This document shows positions 55,832 through 64,000 of a stretch of DNA of 64,000 bases, one piece after another. Under the pieces are notes generated by a model. It made no database searches, was not told the DNA's origin, and saw only the letters and a program-made list of their open reading frames with translations. The stretch's first letter is position 1, and every line of letters begins with the position of its first letter. The position numbers and the translations under genes are program-made. This DNA comes from Zestosphaera sp. (GTDB taxonomy: Archaea > Thermoproteota > Thermoprotei_A > Sulfolobales > NBVN01), in assembly GCA_038843015.1 (NCBI GenBank), contig JAWBSH010000001.1, forward strand, positions 170,766 to 234,765. The letters run 5' to 3'.

Positions 55832-56998
55832 ATGCTAGAGAAAATAGAAGCTATGACTCCCGGCCAAGAAAGACTTAAAGAAGCACTTAAGGACGATTCT
55901 TACCCTATAGTGGGGATTTTCGGTCCTACAGGAGTTGGTAAGTCTTTATTTGCTTTAGCTTACGGACTCAGCTCAGTAAATGAAGGCAAGTATAAGAGGT
56001 TAATCGTGATTAGGCCTGTTATAGACGTGACTACAGGCAGGGAAATCACGATGGCCGAGTCTGGGTCACTGTTTATGGAGCTCTCAAAACAGTACGTAAC
56101 AGACGTCTTAAGCGGCTTGACGACTTGGGAAGAAATAGAGAAACTAATAAATGAAGGTAAGATAACCTTCGCAGACAGCCACTACTTAAAGGGCAGAACG
56201 TTTGACAACGCAATAGTTTTTATTGATGACGCACAATCCTTGAAGCTGGAATCACTCATAGAAGCCGTCGTTAGGGTAGGCAAGAATAGCAGGCTGATAG
56301 TAGCTGCTGACCCAATATTCCAAGCTTTAAGGAGTAAACATCAAGACCCAACATCAGTTATACGAGAGATTTTAGCAGGTGAGGCTAGAGCACTCGTGAT
56401 TGACCTAGGAATAAAAGACGTAGTCAGAGAGGGCGCTAAGATGGGTTTGAGGCTGCTCATGGAATACATACTCAGAACTAGGAAACTCACTGAGTCAGAG
56501 CAGAGAGCTCTTGAGGTTGTTAAGCTAAAATCGCCTGACTCTGACGTCATAACAGTTCTAGACATAGGCAGGCTAGCCAGTAATTACGGGATTTCCTCAG
56601 AGTACGTGCCTAACTACCTGATAATAGTCAAGAAGGGACATCTAGGCAGGCTAGTTGGTAAGGGTGGTGAGAGGGTTACCTCTATAGAGAAAGAACTAAA
56701 CGCTAGAGTAAGAGGTGTTGAGTTAGATACGGACATCTCAGAATTAATAAGAGCAGTGCATCCTGTGTCTTGGGTTTGGAAGAGAGTAACAGATATTGAT
56801 TTTAAGGGTGCCTACATATCTATCGAAGTAGAGGAGGGTGTTCTAGGAGCTTTCGTGGGTCAGAAAGGGTCTTACATAAGATTCTTAGACGCCATAACTA
56901 AAGAGTTGTTCGGCATAGGAGTTAAAGTCACTACTTCAAGCAGAGAATCAAGACCCAAATCCAGGGGGAGAGCTAAGAAATCTAAGCAGAGTTCATGA
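55832..56998 (+). CDS. PhoH-like ATPase with C-terminal KH domains
   Basis: Walker A GPTGVGKS, Walker B-like VFIDDAQ and two KH GxxG motifs (GKGGERV and GQKGSYI). Confidence 0.75.
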   Translation: MLEKIEAMTPGQERLKEALKDDSYPIVGIFGPTGVGKSLFALAYGLSSVNEGKYKRLIVIRPVIDVTTGREITMAESGSLFMELSKQYVTDVLSGLTTWEEIEKLINEGKITFADSHYLKGRTFDNAIVFIDDAQSLKLESLIEAVVRVGKNSRLIVAADPIFQALRSKHQDPTSVIREILAGEARALVIDLGIKDVVREGAKMGLRLLMEYILRTRKLTESEQRALEVVKLKSPDSDVITVLDIGRLASNYGISSEYVPNYLIIVKKGHLGRLVGKGGERVTSIEKELNARVRGVELDTDISELIRAVHPVSWVWKRVTDIDFKGAYISIEVEEGVLGAFVGQKGSYIRFLDAITKELFGIGVKVTTSSRESRPKSRGRAKKSKQSS

Positions 56999-57068
56999 GG
57001 GTATTAGGTCTGTACATGATCATTCTTCAGGACTATCCGATGCACTTGAGCGATATGTGGCGATTGCT

Positions 57069-57977
57069 TTAATCTTGACTCATTCTCTTACCTTGACTCA
57101 CTCTTATATCAAGGACTACCTGATAGTATCGCGGTCCAACACTCCTGACTACTCTCTTGTGCAAGAACTCATAATAAACACCGTGCTTTTCGAGTTCTTT
57201 GCTGAATATCTCCACTCCCTTAAGTAATGCTTCGTCTTTCTCTTCAGCAGTTACAAAATCGTAAGCGTGAATCACACCACACTCTTTCAATGCTAGGATC
57301 GCGTCTGGTAGGTACGTGCGTGAGTACTCAGGTAAAGGCATTAGCACTCTGTCAGCCATGCCTACAAACTCTTTCACTACCTGTGCGGCGTCTCCTAACC
57401 TAGCTTCAACGACGTCCTCAACCCTATTTAACACTATGTTTTCACGCATTAACTCATAGGCTCGAGGGTTGATATCGATAGATATAACCTTTCTTGGCTT
57501 TGCTTTCTTAGCTATTATGATAGAGAAGAGACCAGCTCCTGCAAACATGTTTATTATGAACTCACCCGGTCTTACTAGGTCGGCTATCCTCTTATGTTCG
57601 TAATTAAGAGCTGGCGAGACGTAGACAGAGTTTATATCTACCTTGAAAACACATCCGTGTTCTCGGTAAGTAGTAGTACTTCTATTTTCGCCGGCTAGAA
57701 AAACATGTTCTCTAACTCTGTAATGTGTCTTTACTGAGGTTACTGCTAGCCAGACTGACTTAACGTAAGGTAGCCTCTTAATGATTTCCTCACCTAAAGG
57801 TATGAAAGCCTCAGCAGGGAGTTCCGGGGGTTTTCTAATTACCGCTATATCGCCTATTATCTCTATCCTACCCCATATTTTCTCAGCTTTTTCCTTACCT
57901 AAGACTTCCTCGGCTATCTTTCTCAGTAGCTTGCCTCTGCCCATCCCCGACCACAGTAAAATATTTTGAGCTCTCAT
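57069..57977 (-). CDS. Trm5/Taw2-family (Met-10+) tRNA methyltransferase/aminocarboxypropyltransferase
   Basis: YVSPALNYEHKR and the SAM motif INMFAGAGLFSI. The likely start is the internal Met (MGRGKLLRK). Trm5 and Taw2 cannot be distinguished by eye. Confidence 0.75.
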   Translation of the reverse strand: MRAQNILLWSGMGRGKLLRKIAEEVLGKEKAEKIWGRIEIIGDIAVIRKPPELPAEAFIPLGEEIIKRLPYVKSVWLAVTSVKTHYRVREHVFLAGENRSTTTYREHGCVFKVDINSVYVSPALNYEHKRIADLVRPGEFIINMFAGAGLFSIIIAKKAKPRKVISIDINPRAYELMRENIVLNRVEDVVEARLGDAAQVVKEFVGMADRVLMPLPEYSRTYLPDAILALKECGVIHAYDFVTAEEKDEALLKGVEIFSKELEKHGVYYEFLHKRVVRSVGPRYYQVVLDIRVSQGKRMSQD

Positions 57978-58027
57978 GATTTAATTTTAAATGCTTTAAT
58001 GAAGATAATATAGTTGGGTGATACTTT

Positions 58028-58723
58028 ATGCCTACTATGAGAACAGGGCTAGTTATTGCTGGTGGTTACGCAACTAAGGTCAGGAGAGTAGTCTTCGCCC
58101 AGCTTGCGGAGGACATTAGAGAGAAGAGGATAGATAATAAGGTTGTAGCTTTCCACGTAGCTCAGCTCAATAGATTCCTGTTTGAAGTGCTAGTTGATAG
58201 ACTTAAAGTAAACAAAGGAGATGCTGTGAGAGTAAGCATCGATTACGAGGTGAGTGAAGGCAAAATAATTTGGAAATTTGATACGCTGAAAGTAGAAGTC
58301 TTTAGGAGAGTGCCTGACGAAGAAGTAACTGCTGTTTTGATGACGCTAGTACCTGAAGCTGAGAAGATAATGGCCGCGCCAGTAGAGTACGCTGTAGAGT
58401 TCGTCGGAGACACTAGTGACGGAGACAAGATCTATGCTTTGAAAGTTGGAGAACGAGAAGGAGGGATTCTTGAGCTTATTCCAATAAATGAGGAGTTCTT
58501 GTATATTAAGGTCGGTGTTTTGCTAGTGCCCGAACCTACTAAAGTAGAGAAAACAAAGATAGCACTCGAGGGCAGGTCTTATGAAGATGCTTTGAAAGCC
58601 TCAATTAATGACTTACTAAGTAAGGGCAAGCCAATAACGCCTGGCGAAGCAGACTCAATAATAAGTTACGTGAGGAGCAGGTTAGGTGAGGTAAGACCTG
58701 AAGTAAAGATAGAGTATGAGTAG
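58028..58723 (+). CDS. conserved archaeal hypothetical protein
   Basis: 231-aa ORF with no motif recognised. Confidence 0.45.
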   Translation: MPTMRTGLVIAGGYATKVRRVVFAQLAEDIREKRIDNKVVAFHVAQLNRFLFEVLVDRLKVNKGDAVRVSIDYEVSEGKIIWKFDTLKVEVFRRVPDEEVTAVLMTLVPEAEKIMAAPVEYAVEFVGDTSDGDKIYALKVGEREGGILELIPINEEFLYIKVGVLLVPEPTKVEKTKIALEGRSYEDALKASINDLLSKGKPITPGEADSIISYVRSRLGEVRPEVKIEYE

Positions 58724-58729
58724 GTTCAG

Positions 58730-59746
58730 TTACCAGGGAAAAACATAAGGTTCAAAAACTTTTTTTAGCGCCATAAAAGCTTCACCAGGCGTTAAAACAG
58801 GTTTTTCGTAATCGTGGAAGTCTTCTATCGGTAATCTAGGGCATGAAGTAATGACTATCGCGTCCAGAATACTTGAGTCAATGTTGACTAGGAGATCTCT
58901 CGTAAGATATGAAGTCACAGCTACGTAGTATTTACCTCCAGAACTAGTTATAAGTCTTGCGAGCTCGTTAATTATCCAGGGTCTGTACTGCCCCCCACTA
59001 CCTGAGATTATCAGCCAAGACATCGCGTCTGAGGATCTCATTACTTTAGCGAGCCTAGACTTAAGGACTTTCATGACGTAATTGCTTAAGAAGCTGTAAT
59101 TATTCTCATAAGGGTCTAGCGAAATTACTTCTTTACTGCCACCAAGTCTTAAGCCTACACCTAACGCGTGAAACTTCCCGCCAGCCACGACTACGAAAGC
59201 GTCAGCAAAGTTTTTTACTGAATCTAGGCTGGAGAACCAACATCCAAAAATTACCTCAACATCTTTATTAACCACCTCGAATTCGTTGCTACGAAGTAGC
59301 TCGATAATCTCTCTAGTTAAGTCTATGTGCTGAGCAGTTGTGTACACAGCTAGCTTCATATAATTACGCTCTCTCAGACTCTTAATTAAAGAACTTAAGA
59401 CTTCTTGGCTAGGTCTAGTTTTTGACTGTAGGTCGATATAGACTACTTTGTCCGGTGGTGTCCAGTAGGGGTATCTCTTATGCCCTAAATGTATTATTAA
59501 GTCGTATTTCTCAATAACTCCTAAGTCTAGGAGACACGAGCCGAAGGAGGGACTCGCGTCTACGTGTATTTCTGCCCCAACCAGTAATTTCTGTAAGTAA
59601 TCTATCAGTTCGTAAGATCTGTTCTTAAATCCTTCAGGAACTTGAAGTAGTACTCTAGAAGGTCTTCTCTCCTTAGCTACTTTAGAGAGCTCGCTTATGT
59701 CAAGGTAGTAGTAATCGAGAAAAGAGTCCCTATTAAGTGAGCTCAT
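58730..59746 (-). CDS. dph2: 2-(3-amino-3-carboxypropyl)histidine synthase (diphthamide synthesis Dph2)
   Basis: 338 aa. The N-terminus YYYLDISELSKVAKERRPSRVLLQVPEGFK is typical of archaeal Dph2. Conserved Cys residues are present. Confidence 0.8.
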   Translation of the reverse strand: MSSLNRDSFLDYYYLDISELSKVAKERRPSRVLLQVPEGFKNRSYELIDYLQKLLVGAEIHVDASPSFGSCLLDLGVIEKYDLIIHLGHKRYPYWTPPDKVVYIDLQSKTRPSQEVLSSLIKSLRERNYMKLAVYTTAQHIDLTREIIELLRSNEFEVVNKDVEVIFGCWFSSLDSVKNFADAFVVVAGGKFHALGVGLRLGGSKEVISLDPYENNYSFLSNYVMKVLKSRLAKVMRSSDAMSWLIISGSGGQYRPWIINELARLITSSGGKYYVAVTSYLTRDLLVNIDSSILDAIVITSCPRLPIEDFHDYEKPVLTPGEAFMALKKVFEPYVFPW

Positions 59747-60294
59747 TTCTGAGCTTCTACCGAGTTGCTCGAAGTAACGAGACTAGAAGTCTTTAATTCT
59801 CTTACTTGTAACATAGTTCTGATACCTATTTTGTCCCTAAAGCGTCTTAACGCTTCCTTAGCTTGAGGTAAGTTCTTAGCAGAAATCCTGACTTCAGCTA
59901 TTACACTCCCGTAGAAGACTCTCGCACCAACACCTACAGGCTTTCCGAAAGCCTTGCGCATGCCGTCCTGAAGCCTGTCAGCTCCTGCGAAAGCCATCAT
60001 CTTATTTTCTCTGAGAACGTGGTGTGGGTATTGCCTGACTATGAAGAAGTACTTGTCTTCACCAACATACTTACTCAAGTATTTGTGTGCCATGACTCTA
60101 GCAGCTTCAAGCCCGTTATGTCTTAATATTGCATTCTCTAAAGAAACCAACTCTACGACTAAGTCATAACTCCCGTTAGGATTACCCATAACGAACTTAC
60201 TTATTTTCGGCTGTGGTATACCGTCTATGTATTCTTTCCTAGTGTATGGGGGCTTGTGCAAGTCTTTGTAGCATCTAGCAGGTCTTAGCGGCAC
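59743..60294 (-). CDS. rpl10e: 50S ribosomal protein L10e (uL16)
   Basis: N-terminus MPLRPARCYKDLHKPPYTRKEYI. Length is 183 aa. Confidence 0.9.
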   Translation of the reverse strand: MPLRPARCYKDLHKPPYTRKEYIDGIPQPKISKFVMGNPNGSYDLVVELVSLENAILRHNGLEAARVMAHKYLSKYVGEDKYFFIVRQYPHHVLRENKMMAFAGADRLQDGMRKAFGKPVGVGARVFYGSVIAEVRISAKNLPQAKEALRRFRDKIGIRTMLQVRELKTSSLVTSSNSVEAQK

Positions 60295-60329
60295 TCTCTA
60301 TCACCTAAAGATTACTGAGTTGAAGGTTT

Positions 60330-61049
60330 TTAAGTATGTGAGTCTCTTGACTTAAGCTGAAACACTATCTTCTTCAACACCCTGTAAAGAGCTCCGCACT
60401 CAGGATTTCTAGGATTAGCTCTAAACAAGACATTCCTTAGCGCCCTAATCCCTTTCTCGTCATTAAGGAGTGAATTCAATTCTTCTAGCTCTCTCCTCAA
60501 AGCTCTTACCACGTTCTCATCACATTCATTAGCCTCATAAGATTCTCTCATGGAAGCTCTTAGAACCTCATACATGTAGATAGCTATCGCGTGAGACAAG
60601 TTAAGTACGTTATAGTCAGTTCCGGTATCTAGTGTAGACACTAAGTCGCACTTATCCAGTTCTTCTCTTTTAAGACCAACACTCTCCCTACCGAAGACTA
60701 AAGCTATCTTACCCGTCTTAGGGAGAACATAACTTAAGAGGTAAGGAGGCACTGACTGTCTTAACACGTCAGACTCTAGATCAGCTATTGAGGTGGTACA
60801 TATAGATAACTTCACGTCAGAAAGACACTCTTCAATACTAGACTTAATAACCACGTTACTTAATAGCTCGGCACCCCTAGCCGCAAACTCCTTAACTTCA
60901 GAATCGCTTAAGTCAAACTGTGGGTTAACTACGCATATGTCATTAATACCGAAATTCTTAGCAAGTCTTAATATGAAACCCATGTTGATTCTTCCTTCAG
61001 GACCAACCACTACCAACCTAATATCGGGTCTATTCAACACACTACCCAT
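60330..61049 (-). CDS. SPOUT (TrmH/TrmJ-like) RNA 2'-O-methyltransferase
   Basis: SpoU motifs VVVGPEGRINMG, ALVFGRESVGL and LNLSHAIAIYMYE. Confidence 0.75.
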   Translation of the reverse strand: MGSVLNRPDIRLVVVGPEGRINMGFILRLAKNFGINDICVVNPQFDLSDSEVKEFAARGAELLSNVVIKSSIEECLSDVKLSICTTSIADLESDVLRQSVPPYLLSYVLPKTGKIALVFGRESVGLKREELDKCDLVSTLDTGTDYNVLNLSHAIAIYMYEVLRASMRESYEANECDENVVRALRRELEELNSLLNDEKGIRALRNVLFRANPRNPECGALYRVLKKIVFQLKSRDSHT

Positions 61050-61193
61050 AAAAACACGTACTAGATATCTTAAAACTTCTGAGTTTATTGCTACACCTAA
61101 GAATACAGAAGTCTTATTTAGAGCAAGGGAAGAAATATAACCCCAAATTATCCACTAAAGACTTAGCATCCTGTCTAGTCTAGGACATCCGAC

Positions 61194-61306
61194 TTCCTCC
61201 CAGCCCTAGAGGACAAGGGTCCTGAGGAGGTTCAGAGCTACATTCCCAGCGAAAGCCGGGTAAAGCTTACACTAAAATCTGTAAAGCTTATTTGAAGTTC
61301 AGCTCT
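61194..61306 (+). repeat. repeat family F2, long copy
   Basis: CCUCC-CAGCCCU-loop-AGGGU-CCUGA-GGAGG is followed by UUCAGAGCUACAUUCCCAGC-GAAA-GCCGGGU. A 35-nt insertion then precedes the closing AGCUCU. The stems match the 47298 copy but the loops differ. Confidence 0.6.
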
Positions 61307-61311
61307 TACGT

Positions 61312-61495
61312 AGGTTTCATCACTTCATTTTAGTCTCCTGTATTGGTCTTGAGTTTGTATTACCTCTGGAGGCGTTCAGGACGACCCCGGATATCGTTTC
61401 CCGTCTTAGGTTTTCGTAGTTTTTCCTAGGGTGGTTCATTAGGGTTTCCTTAAGTCCCCTCCTCACGGTCTGCCGCGAGTCTCGGAAACCCAGAG
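61312..61495 (+). repeat. possible third, divergent copy of repeat family F1
   Basis: It shares only the termini with copies A and B (AGGTTTCAT... and ...GGAAACCCAGAG). The interior is not alignable by eye. Confidence 0.3.
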
Positions 61496-61616
61496 TTACC
61501 AAAACGTTCATAAGCTTCAGAGGCTTAGAAGTCCTTGCCCACACCTAATCACATTAAAAGCTTTGAAAAACCTAAAAACCACAGACAAGAAACAACTCCC
61601 TAACCCGACAGTTGCG

Positions 61617-62324
61617 TCAGGCGCGGGAGGTCTCAGCTTTTATAATAGTTTCTTCACCTGGCTTAAGGACTACGAGCTCCGTAGTAACACCAAATTCTAT
61701 TAAGTAACGTCTGAATTCTTCTGGAGTGCCCTTAAGTACGGGGAAGGTACCGTAGTGCATTGGGATGACATACTTTGGTTTTATGAGGTTAGTAGCGTAC
61801 GCAGCTTCTCTAGGACCCATGGTGAAGTGACCTCCTATCGGTAAGAGTGCTACTAACGGCTTGTATAATTCACCAACGAGTTTCATCTCGTAAGTCAGTC
61901 CTGTGTCACCTGCGTGATATACTGAATTCCCTAACTTACTTATCACAACCCCTACTGGAGACCCCTTACCGCTAGAGTGGAGTGCCGGGGTCAGCACTAC
62001 CTCGAATCCTCCTCCCAAGTCTATAGGACCTCCTATGTTTCCACCTATAGCTCTCTGCTCGCTACCCAGTTCTTCAGCTATGTATGAGGCTAACTCGTAG
62101 ATGGCTACTGCTTTAGAGCCAGGACAGTTCTTCATTATCTCTAGAGTGTTACCTACGTGGTCTCCGTGATCGTGCGTCACTACTATGTAATCACCGCATA
62201 TCTGATTTAATTTCTTTTCGGGAGATAATGGATTCAATATCCACGGGTCTATTAAGAAGACCTTACCAAACATCTCTATCTTGAAAGCTGCGTGACCAAA
62301 CCACTTAATCTTTATATCATACAT
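61617..62324 (-). CDS. metallo-beta-lactamase-fold hydrolase (UPF0173 family)
   Basis: The N-terminus KIKWFGHAAFKIE and the HxHxDH motif (VTHDHGDHVG). Confidence 0.8.
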   Translation of the reverse strand: MYDIKIKWFGHAAFKIEMFGKVFLIDPWILNPLSPEKKLNQICGDYIVVTHDHGDHVGNTLEIMKNCPGSKAVAIYELASYIAEELGSEQRAIGGNIGGPIDLGGGFEVVLTPALHSSGKGSPVGVVISKLGNSVYHAGDTGLTYEMKLVGELYKPLVALLPIGGHFTMGPREAAYATNLIKPKYVIPMHYGTFPVLKGTPEEFRRYLIEFGVTTELVVLKPGEETIIKAETSRA

Positions 62325-62434
62325 TTAACTCACCCATAATACTTACTCAACACACAAAAATATCTTTTGCTGGTGAATCAAGCTCTCGAGCGTTAAGCAA
62401 CTTTAATAGCTTTATGTTTATTCTATAACATATT

Positions 62435-63379
62435 ATGAGGGTGGCAAATACGAGCGATGAAGAGGCTGTAGAGGCTTACTTAAGAGCTGGTGAGATAGCT
62501 TATAAAGTTAAGAAGTCTGTCGCTTCAATGATTAAGCCTTCTACTAAGCTCTTTGATGCAGCTGAGAAAATAGAAGAATTGATAAGGTCTCTTGGTGGCG
62601 AGCCTGCATTCCCAGTAAATATCTCGGTTAACGAGATAGCCGCTCACGACACTCCTTACGTTGGAGACACTAGAATCATATCTGAAGACTCGGTAGTCAA
62701 GATAGATATAGGTGTTCACGTAAGTGGATTCATAGCTGACACAGCAATCACTATAACTTTCTCTGATAAAGCAATTAAGCTAGTAGAAGCTACTGAAGAA
62801 GCACTACATAAAGCTTTAGCCTCCGTAGGTTCCGGGACACCTATAAACGTGGTTGGGAGAGTAGTAGAAGCCGTTGCTAGAAAATACGGCTTTAACGTGA
62901 TTAAGAACCTTACAGGACACTCTCTAGACAGGTACTTAATACATACTGGAGAGATAATACCTAACTACTTTACTAGGCTGGCTTTAGGCAGGCTATCTAA
63001 CGGTAAGGCATACGCTATAGAGCCTTTCTTGACCTCAGGTAAAGGATATGTGGAGGAAATCAAGTCCTCTACATACATATACGCACTAAATACAGGCTTC
63101 AGACATTACAAGCAGGTTACAGAAGAAGAGATGTCTTTAATAAAAACAGCTTACGAGAAGTTTAAGACTCTCCCAATGTGTGAGAGATGGCTAGCGAAAG
63201 AATTTAGTGATTTGAGTAAGCTGAGGTCTTTACTTCAGAACCTAACGAGGAAGTCTATACTCACGTCATACCCTGTCTTAAGAGAAGTCAGCGGCAATCT
63301 CGTGGCACAATTTGAAGAGACTATCTTAGTATTAGGCAATAAAACCATAGTAACAACTAACCCAGAGCTAAACAGGTGA
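62435..63379 (+). CDS. map: methionine aminopeptidase, type 2
   Basis: Archaeal MetAP2 pattern (AFPVNISVNEIAAHD, KIDIGVHVSGFIADTA, TGHSL, EETILV). Length is 314 aa. Confidence 0.9.
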   Translation: MRVANTSDEEAVEAYLRAGEIAYKVKKSVASMIKPSTKLFDAAEKIEELIRSLGGEPAFPVNISVNEIAAHDTPYVGDTRIISEDSVVKIDIGVHVSGFIADTAITITFSDKAIKLVEATEEALHKALASVGSGTPINVVGRVVEAVARKYGFNVIKNLTGHSLDRYLIHTGEIIPNYFTRLALGRLSNGKAYAIEPFLTSGKGYVEEIKSSTYIYALNTGFRHYKQVTEEEMSLIKTAYEKFKTLPMCERWLAKEFSDLSKLRSLLQNLTRKSILTSYPVLREVSGNLVAQFEETILVLGNKTIVTTNPELNR

Positions 63380-63383
63380 GGAA

Positions 63384-63425
63384 TGCCCCACAACTAAGGG
63401 CTTCGTTCTCTAGAACTAGAGTTGA
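63384..63425 (-). repeat. partial copy of repeat family F2
   Basis: The minus-strand read CUCUAGUUCUAGAGAACGAAGCCCUUAGUUGUGGGGC aligns with the F2 core ...CUAAAGAACGAGGCUUUCGGGAUUGU. Confidence 0.4.
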
Positions 63426-63499
63426 GGAGATGTTTCCTGAGTTGATGTATTTGTATGTTTTGGGTTTCTTAGCGTTCTTAGGTGACTACGCAGGGGTTT

Positions 63500-63768
63500 G
63501 GGTTTCATGTTGTTTGATATCGACCCTTGGCTTCATAGACCTCGGGGCGCCTTTCATCGGTGCCCGCGTCATAGGTCTTCATTCCCTTCAGGGTAGCTCC
63601 GACCCATAGCTCCCCCTTATATAGTTCGGGTTCAAGGCTACGGGAAACCCCACATCCTGGCTTTAGGTGCCCACCCACTCGAGTCTTCACTACACACTCA
63701 CATCGTGAGCGAGCTCAACCCACAATAAAATAACCTACATCAACCCCTTACAAACCTTCACGAAACCC
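63500..63768 (-). repeat. GC-rich structured interspersed element, family F1, copy B
   Basis: On the minus strand it begins GGGTTTCGTGAAGGTTTGTAAGG and ends CCGATGAAAGGCGCCCCGAGGTCTATGAAGCCAAGGGTCGATATCAAACAACATGAAACCC. The termini are inverse complements. It shares the CUCAC-loop-GUGAG hairpin with copy A. Confidence 0.6.
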
Positions 63769-64000
63769 GAAACAGTTGTACTAGGCGCTCGCTACGTGTC
63801 CATTTATTCTCGACCCAAGATCTATGTTCGTGATTTCTGAGACTAACGACAGCCTATGAAGAAACCGTTGAACAGTCGAATAGCGGAGTTAGTCATGGCC
63901 GCATTATTAGACATAAAAATATAAATGCTTTAAGACCTAGGTTTAGTGTAGTAAGTCGGGTGTGAGGATCAGATGGACGGAGTTCAGGATTGGACCTCTA

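Noticed and set aside
61320-61544. 74-aa minus-strand ORF. Also the 77-aa ORF at 63376-63609(+) and the 61-aa ORF at 63505-63690(-).
   Set aside because: All fall within the F1/F2 repeat blocks. The two ORFs at 63376-63690 overlap each other on opposite strands. No motifs are present, and they are more likely repeat artefacts or decayed remnants than genes.

Overview
This 64-kb window looks like the chromosome of a hyperthermophilic crenarchaeon. Supporting genes are reverse gyrase, MCM next to a GINS23-like gene, Topo VI A and B, a four-subunit 2-oxoacid:ferredoxin oxidoreductase, a likely structural subunit of a heteromeric tRNA-splicing endonuclease, and a tRNA with a non-canonical intron. 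No species can be assigned from reading alone. Most of the window is tightly packed housekeeping. It includes replication and repair genes (GINS, MCM, reverse gyrase, Top6AB, DNA ligase, UDG, ThyX, dCTP deaminase) and translation or RNA-modification genes (HisRS, deoxyhypusine synthase, Dph2, Dph5, Taw3, Trm5/Taw2, TrmJ-like, S25e, L35Ae, L10e, MetAP, an Rqc2/NFACT homologue). It also includes a pstSCAB-phoU operon with a divergent AbrB-PhoU regulator. RNA genes I can support are one tRNA-Lys(CUU) with an anticodon-stem intron and three to four C/D box sRNAs. Top6A carries a 470-aa LAGLIDADG intein inside its Toprim DxD motif. The strongest candidate for a novel system is at 17038-21872. There, a DndC-like PP-loop enzyme is transcribed divergently from a translationally coupled pair: a RecB/Cas4-type nuclease with a probable Fe-S cluster, and an Upf1/Dna2-like SF1B helicase. 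The trio is flanked by unusually long ORF-free DNA and lacks all other known Dnd/Ssp/Pbe partners. I interpret it as a possible compact modification-plus-restriction module. Two families of GC-rich structured interspersed repeats occupy several intergenic regions. Two genes (DNA ligase, pstC) appear to start at near-cognate codons (ACG, AUA). All family assignments rest on motifs read by eye and on memory of the families. No searches were run.
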